Shown: positions 59,707 to 64,000 of the stretch, one piece after another
Numbering within the stretch: the stretch's first letter is position 1
How the letters are laid out: the number at the start of each line of letters is the position of its first letter
DNA from: Spirochaetia bacterium
GTDB taxonomy: Bacteria > Spirochaetota > Spirochaetia > SP-2023
DNA: 64,000 nucleotides
Reading direction: 5' to 3'
NCBI GenBank assembly: GCA_965225855.1
Contig: CBDDCK010000005.1
Location: forward strand, 1,216,001-1,280,000
Position numbers and translations under genes: made by a program
The notes under the pieces: generated by a model
Database searches by the model: none
The model's input: only the letters and a program-made list of their open reading frames with translations
Told to the model about the DNA's origin: nothing

Positions 59707-60542
59707 ACAATATATCGCAAGAGGCATTGCGTCAATTTGGTTTGGTAAGGCATCCTTTTTGGGGTGATTGTCAAAGCCACGAAAAAATTTACTACACGGT
59801 CGACCACCAGTGGGTCAAAGCAGCGTTAGACCAAGCGGTTCGCTTGCACGGTTGTTTGATTGCCGTAGTGGGTGAAGTTGGCAGTGGTAAAACCACTATC
59901 AAGAACGATTTTATCGAAAGACACGAAGGCGCAAGTATTATTCAGCCGTTTTTGTTGGATAAATCGGCTTTGCGGGTGCAGCATGTAGAAGAGGCCATAA
60001 TTTATGGTTTAGACCCAAGTGCGAAACTTTTTCGCAGTCGTGAAGCACGCAATCGCCAGCTTACCCAGTTACTACAAAGCAGCACCAAGGCCGGCAATAA
60101 GCATGTTTTAATCATCGAAGAAGCACAAGATTTGTCGGTAAATGTACTAAAGCTTTTGAAGCGGTTGGTAGAAATTCGCAGCGGCAATAAAGCGTGTATT
60201 TCGGTAGTGATGATTGGCCAGAGCGAATTGCTAGCGCGTTTAGATGTTAGCCGTAGCTATCATTTACGAGAGATTATCAATCGTACAACGGTTGCCGAAA
60301 TAGCACCGCTACAAGAGCCAAAGCAGATCGAACAATACCTAAAGCTCAAATTTGACAATTACAAGGGTATTTTTGGCATAGATGCAGCGCAAGCAATTTT
60401 AGATGTGCTTAGTGAGATAAAAAGTAGACAAAGATGTTCGGTAGCTTATCCGCTAGCGATAAACAATGTAGTAAGCAAAGCGTTAAATAGTGCAGCCGAG
60501 CTGGGTTTAGAAACCATCAATGCAGATCTAATCCACTCTTGA
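59703..60542 (+). CDS. ExeA-type AAA+ transposition ATPase (B protein)
   Basis: FGLVRHPF, VGEVGSGKTT, LIIEEAQDL, IGQSEL, YPLAINN. Confidence 0.88.
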   Translation: MNNISQEALRQFGLVRHPFWGDCQSHEKIYYTVDHQWVKAALDQAVRLHGCLIAVVGEVGSGKTTIKNDFIERHEGASIIQPFLLDKSALRVQHVEEAIIYGLDPSAKLFRSREARNRQLTQLLQSSTKAGNKHVLIIEEAQDLSVNVLKLLKRLVEIRSGNKACISVVMIGQSELLARLDVSRSYHLREIINRTTVAEIAPLQEPKQIEQYLKLKFDNYKGIFGIDAAQAILDVLSEIKSRQRCSVAYPLAINNVVSKALNSAAELGLETINADLIHS

Positions 60543-60725
60543 GTAAATACGATAAAAAAGCCACCAAAAAGCACTCTGGCAAAGGTTGCTTTGGTGGCCA
60601 ACCTAGAAAGGTACAAAGGAGAACGAATCAAAATGGATAATTCCGAACAATTACACAACCAACGGCAAGATTTTCGCAATCAACAGCTAAGCAAAAAACT
60701 AACAAACGACACAAAAGGAGAAAAA

Positions 60726-61370
60726 ATGAACAATCGAGTATTAGAGCTACCAGAAGCTCTAAGGGAAATTGACGGGGGTAAGTATATGCTAGACACCCAA
60801 GGCAATTTGTGCCCGCTAAAAAATATCAAAGAGGTAGATATTCTGCGTGATGACTTGGTAAGAGAGTTAACACAGAAAGCCATAGATATGCAACAGCAAC
60901 TGCATAACTTCAAAAAACAAGTATTGGATAATTTGCACAGCTTTGTTGATTTGAGCCTAGAGAAATACGGCACGAAGCTAGGAGGTAAAAAAGGCAATAT
61001 CAGTTTTTTGAGTTTTGATCACAACATCAAAATCATTTTGCATGTACAAGAGACCTTAGTCTTTGACGAGCGGTTGCAGGCAGCCAAAGCCTTGATTGAC
61101 GAATGCTTGTTCGATTGGATACAAAACGCAAATACCAACTTGCAAGTATTGATAAACGATGCCTTTAAGGTCAACAATCAAGGCAAAATCGACACCAAAA
61201 GAATATTGAGTTTGCGCAAATTAGAAATCCATGATCAGCGCTGGCAAAAGGCAATGGAGGCGATTGGCGAGAGCTTGTCGGTGCAGCACAGCAAAGAATA
61301 TGTGCGTTTTTATCTTCAAGACGGCAACGGGGAATATAAAGCCATTTCTTTGGATTTTGCAGCGTTGTAG
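60726..61370 (+). CDS. DUF3164 family protein
   Basis: GGKKGNISFLSFD, FDERLQAAKALIDECL, WQKAMEAI, SKEYVRFY, ISLDFAAL. AAGGAG precedes the ATG at 60726. Confidence 0.88.
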   Translation: MNNRVLELPEALREIDGGKYMLDTQGNLCPLKNIKEVDILRDDLVRELTQKAIDMQQQLHNFKKQVLDNLHSFVDLSLEKYGTKLGGKKGNISFLSFDHNIKIILHVQETLVFDERLQAAKALIDECLFDWIQNANTNLQVLINDAFKVNNQGKIDTKRILSLRKLEIHDQRWQKAMEAIGESLSVQHSKEYVRFYLQDGNGEYKAISLDFAAL

Positions 61371-61376
61371 GAGTAG

Positions 61377-61775
61377 ATGATGATTAGCACGAAACAAGCC
61401 CAAGCCTTGCGTTTGCAGTGCACCAAAGCTTTAGGAATGAGTGAAAGCGACTATAGAGGAATGTTGGGTGAGTACGGGGTTTCTTCGAGTAAGCAGTTAG
61501 AGACCACACAATACCACCAATTGATGAAAAATCTAAAAGGCAGACAAACCCCACAAAACCCGAAAGGGTATACAACAGCGGACAAGCAAATGAGTTTAAT
61601 TTATTACCTATGGGGCGAGCTCTACAAGATTGGTAGGGTAAAACACAAGACAAATTCCGCTTGTTTGCATTGGATGCGCAAATATCTAGTGCAGCCCGAT
61701 GGAATCATTGAGTTTACGCCATACCAAAAAAGCAGGTGTATTGAACGGCTCAAAAAATGGCTGGAGCGGGATTAA
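61377..61775 (+). CDS. gemA: GemA-like (Mu gp16/DUF1018) protein
   Basis: LGMSESDYRGML...SSKQL, IYYLWGEL, CIERLKKWLER. Confidence 0.75.
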   Translation: MMISTKQAQALRLQCTKALGMSESDYRGMLGEYGVSSSKQLETTQYHQLMKNLKGRQTPQNPKGYTTADKQMSLIYYLWGELYKIGRVKHKTNSACLHWMRKYLVQPDGIIEFTPYQKSRCIERLKKWLERD

Positions 61776-61806
61776 TAAAAAACGCTTTTGTTTTGGAGAT
61801 CATCGA

Positions 61807-61832
61807 AAGCCCGGCGTTTGTCGGGCTTTTTA
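61807..61832. terminator. Bidirectional terminator between gemA and mor
   Basis: AAAGCCCGGC-GTTT-GTCGGGCTTTTT. Confidence 0.7.
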
Positions 61833-62249
61833 TTGTAATGATTTACCTAGTTGTTCTTGTGGTAGCTTTTCTTTTAATATCGCAATGTATTGGTTGTGTT
61901 CTTGTTCTTCGATTAGGCCATAATCGTAAAGCTCTTCAATTTCTAGGTAAGTTTTCATTGCTTCCCTGCGGATACGGTAAACGTGAGATGAAGAGATATT
62001 GTATTTTCGTGCTAAATCAAAAACTTGTTTCTTATCGCAATAATTACCTTGTATGGGTAATTTATCAATAATATTTATGTTTCTTTGTAATTTATAAATT
62101 GGCGTTTGTTTAGGTATATAGGTATTACTACCACCTAGCATAGATATAAAAATATCACGTGCTTTCGTTTTTTCGCTTTCAGGTTCAGGAAACTTTTCCA
62201 AAGCGTTGTTAAAAGCCTCCATAATACAGACAGCAGAGCTAATTTTCAT
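61830..62249 (-). CDS. Mor/C family transcription activator
   Basis: LGGSNTYIPK...RNINI...DLARKYNISSSHVYRI. Confidence 0.82.
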   Translation of the reverse strand: MKISSAVCIMEAFNNALEKFPEPESEKTKARDIFISMLGGSNTYIPKQTPIYKLQRNINIIDKLPIQGNYCDKKQVFDLARKYNISSSHVYRIRREAMKTYLEIEELYDYGLIEEQEHNQYIAILKEKLPQEQLGKSLQ

Positions 62250-62382
62250 ATCCTTAAATATTAAAATATATAAAGTATTTAATCTATAAGGGTTGCCGTT
62301 ATCGTTGGCATTTGTAAGAGATAAATGCCAGAGACATTTACCAGACTATAAATGCAACTGCCAAAGATTTTATGCTGTGTGC

Positions 62383-63333
62383 ATGGATTTTGACGGCAAT
62401 TTATTAGCAATCCCCGAGCTCAATGCAATGAACGGGGAATATAGCCCGCCAACAGAATTATTGTTAGTACCTGCGGGTGATTTTACGGGGCGAGATGGCA
62501 CGCCCTACAAGAACAGCAAGCCCAATAAAGTAGTAGCTTTATTCAAGAAGGAAGGCATTGCCTTGGCCATAGATTTTGACCACAGCATTTACTACAACGG
62601 TGGCGGTGCTGCTTGTGGCTGGATTGAAAAGTTAGAAATTCGAGACGGTGCTATTTGGGGCACCGAAATTGAATGGCTGAATCAGGCACGCTGGGCTTTG
62701 AAAGAAAAAAAGTACAAATACTACAGCCCGCACTATGTAGTAGATAGGGCTAGTCATGAAATTGTGCGTTTAGATGTGGTTTCGCTAGTCAATAGGCCAC
62801 GGCTTAGCGTGCAAGCCTTAAATACAATGGAACAACATAATTACAGCCAAAAGGAGCAAGGAATGAATCTACAAGACGAGTTAAATGCAGCTCTGAAAAA
62901 CAACCTAGAGTTTATCAAACAAGCTAGTGAAGCAGAAGCCAAAGCCAACCAGCTACAAAGCGAAGTCAATGCGCTAAAGGCAGAAAAAGAACAGCTTACA
63001 GCCAAGCTCAAAGAGCATCAAGAAAAACAGGCAGCAGCCTCTAGCGCAGCTTTTCAAGGTGAGCTCAACAGCTTTTTAGACGAGCAAGTCAAGACAGGTA
63101 AATTACCACCCGCACAAAAAGAGTTTTATGCCAAAACCGTTCGCTCTAAAGAGGAGTTGAACAGCTTAAAAGAGTTGTTGAAAGATGCAAAGAATTTATT
63201 GCCAGACGGCAAAGATGCTAGCAAACAAGACCCAAAAGTTTTCGATGAAGAGCTAAACGCACTGGGTTTCGATGCAGAAGACATGGAGCTGGCAAAAAAT
63301 ATGGGTTTAGAGCCTGCGGACTTTAAAAAATAA
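62383..63333 (+). CDS. Mu gpI-like prohead protease with a C-terminal scaffold (Z) region
   Basis: PAGDFTGRDG, AIDFDH, AACGWI, YKYYSP, SLVNRP. In-frame ATG at 62863 follows AAGGAG. Confidence 0.88.
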   Translation: MDFDGNLLAIPELNAMNGEYSPPTELLLVPAGDFTGRDGTPYKNSKPNKVVALFKKEGIALAIDFDHSIYYNGGGAACGWIEKLEIRDGAIWGTEIEWLNQARWALKEKKYKYYSPHYVVDRASHEIVRLDVVSLVNRPRLSVQALNTMEQHNYSQKEQGMNLQDELNAALKNNLEFIKQASEAEAKANQLQSEVNALKAEKEQLTAKLKEHQEKQAAASSAAFQGELNSFLDEQVKTGKLPPAQKEFYAKTVRSKEELNSLKELLKDAKNLLPDGKDASKQDPKVFDEELNALGFDAEDMELAKNMGLEPADFKK

Positions 63334-63360
63334 TTATTGGCTATTCAAAAGGAGTTTAAT

Positions 63361-64000
63361 ATGGCTAAAAATTTATCTACAACATTGCGCAACTTAGTGG
63401 TAATACTATCACGATCTTTTAATAAATTGATGCTATCGGCAGAACCAGCAGATTGGCAAAAATTTACTTACAAAGAGACAACCAAAAACGCCAGCAAAAA
63501 GTTTGCTTGGTTATCCAAGTTTCCAGCGTTGGAAAAATGGATAGGTAACCGAGTACACAAAAAGTTGGCTAAACACGATTACAGTGTAAGTGTAGATGTC
63601 TATACGGCTACTGCGGATATATTGCGTACTGAATTAGAAGACGAAGGCCCTAATGTGTATCAAAACTTGCCACAAAGTGCGAAAGAAGTAGTCGATGTTC
63701 AGCGTAACGAAGCGTTATTCGGTCTTTTAGACAAGCCCCCTACTTGTTATGACGGGCAAGATTTTTTCGATACCGATCACCCCTTGTATCCCAATGAAGA
63801 TGGAACGGGTACTGTTAAAAACCAAAGCAATCTTTTAGGTACTAAAGGTAGTGAGGCAGTGGCATGGGTACTGCTCGATACTAGCCGTACGGTTAAACCT
63901 TTGGTTTTGGTTGAACGAGACAAGCCCGAATTCAAGTGGAACAAGGAAGGAACAGAGCCTTACTTTGAGGACGAGCTTTGTTCTATGGGTGTTCGTATCC
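63361..64000 (+). CDS. Mu gpT-like major capsid protein (truncated by the window end)
   Basis: Manual translation gives WLSKFPALEKWIGNR, CYDGQDFFDTDHP, AWVLLDTSRTVKPL; AAGGAG RBS. Confidence 0.9.
   Translation, partial: MAKNLSTTLRNLVVILSRSFNKLMLSAEPADWQKFTYKETTKNASKKFAWLSKFPALEKWIGNRVHKKLAKHDYSVSVDVYTATADILRTELEDEGPNVYQNLPQSAKEVVDVQRNEALFGLLDKPPTCYDGQDFFDTDHPLYPNEDGTGTVKNQSNLLGTKGSEAVAWVLLDTSRTVKPLVLVERDKPEFKWNKEGTEPYFEDELCSMGVRI

Larger units (their letters stand above)
41689..64000. mobile_element. Mu-like transposable prophage (B3/BcepMu-type early genes), partly decayed, continuing beyond the window
   Basis: DDE transposase, ExeA-type ATPase, DUF3164, GemA, Mor, gp27/gp28/gp29/gp30-like genes, gpI and gpT. 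Left boundary is inferred. Confidence 0.92.

Noticed and set aside
57165..60542. Stand-alone IS21- or Tn7-like transposon
   Set aside because: The genes are embedded among Mu-type early genes (IclR-like HTH, DUF3102, DUF3164, gemA, mor) with no flanking terminal repeats seen.
61757..62071. 104-aa hydrophobic plus-strand ORF
   Set aside because: It spans a terminator and is antisense to the Mor-family gene.
1..64000. Retron, diversity-generating retroelement or group II intron
   Set aside because: No ORF with reverse-transcriptase motifs and no template/variable repeat pair was seen.

Overview
Bacterial chromosomal window, probably from a spirochaete. That assignment is an inference from the lipoprotein signals, the prs type and a Borrelia DUF261-like phage gene. 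Bases 1-41.7 kb are mostly housekeeping and uptake genes: yifB/comM, gnd, a LolCDE-like ABC pair, mglBAC, hisIE-hisC-purH, sugar ABC permeases, HU, a ydjX/oxidoreductase/ynjBCD/ynjF cluster, argH, prs, an FGGY kinase, a MATE pump and a yiaK/yiaL-type sugar-acid locus ending in a decayed lyxK. This part also holds a 22-bp tandem array upstream of a repeat-rich surface lipoprotein. From about 41.69 kb to the window end is a Mu-like (B3/BcepMu-type) transposable prophage with a rearranged gene order. The order is ArdC cassette, lysis, terminase, broken portal, MuF with a C-terminal nuclease-like domain, AT-rich cargo, repressor and early transposition operon, reversed Mor, protease/scaffold, major capsid. 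Two candidates for undescribed systems stand out. One is a roughly 85-nt cloverleaf RNA with kissing loops and its own promoter, convergent on the MuF-nuclease gene, which may be an RNA antitoxin. The other is a cI-linked pair of a soluble protein and a 4-TM protein arranged like lambda rexA-rexB. All family assignments come from reading motifs by eye; no database searches were run.
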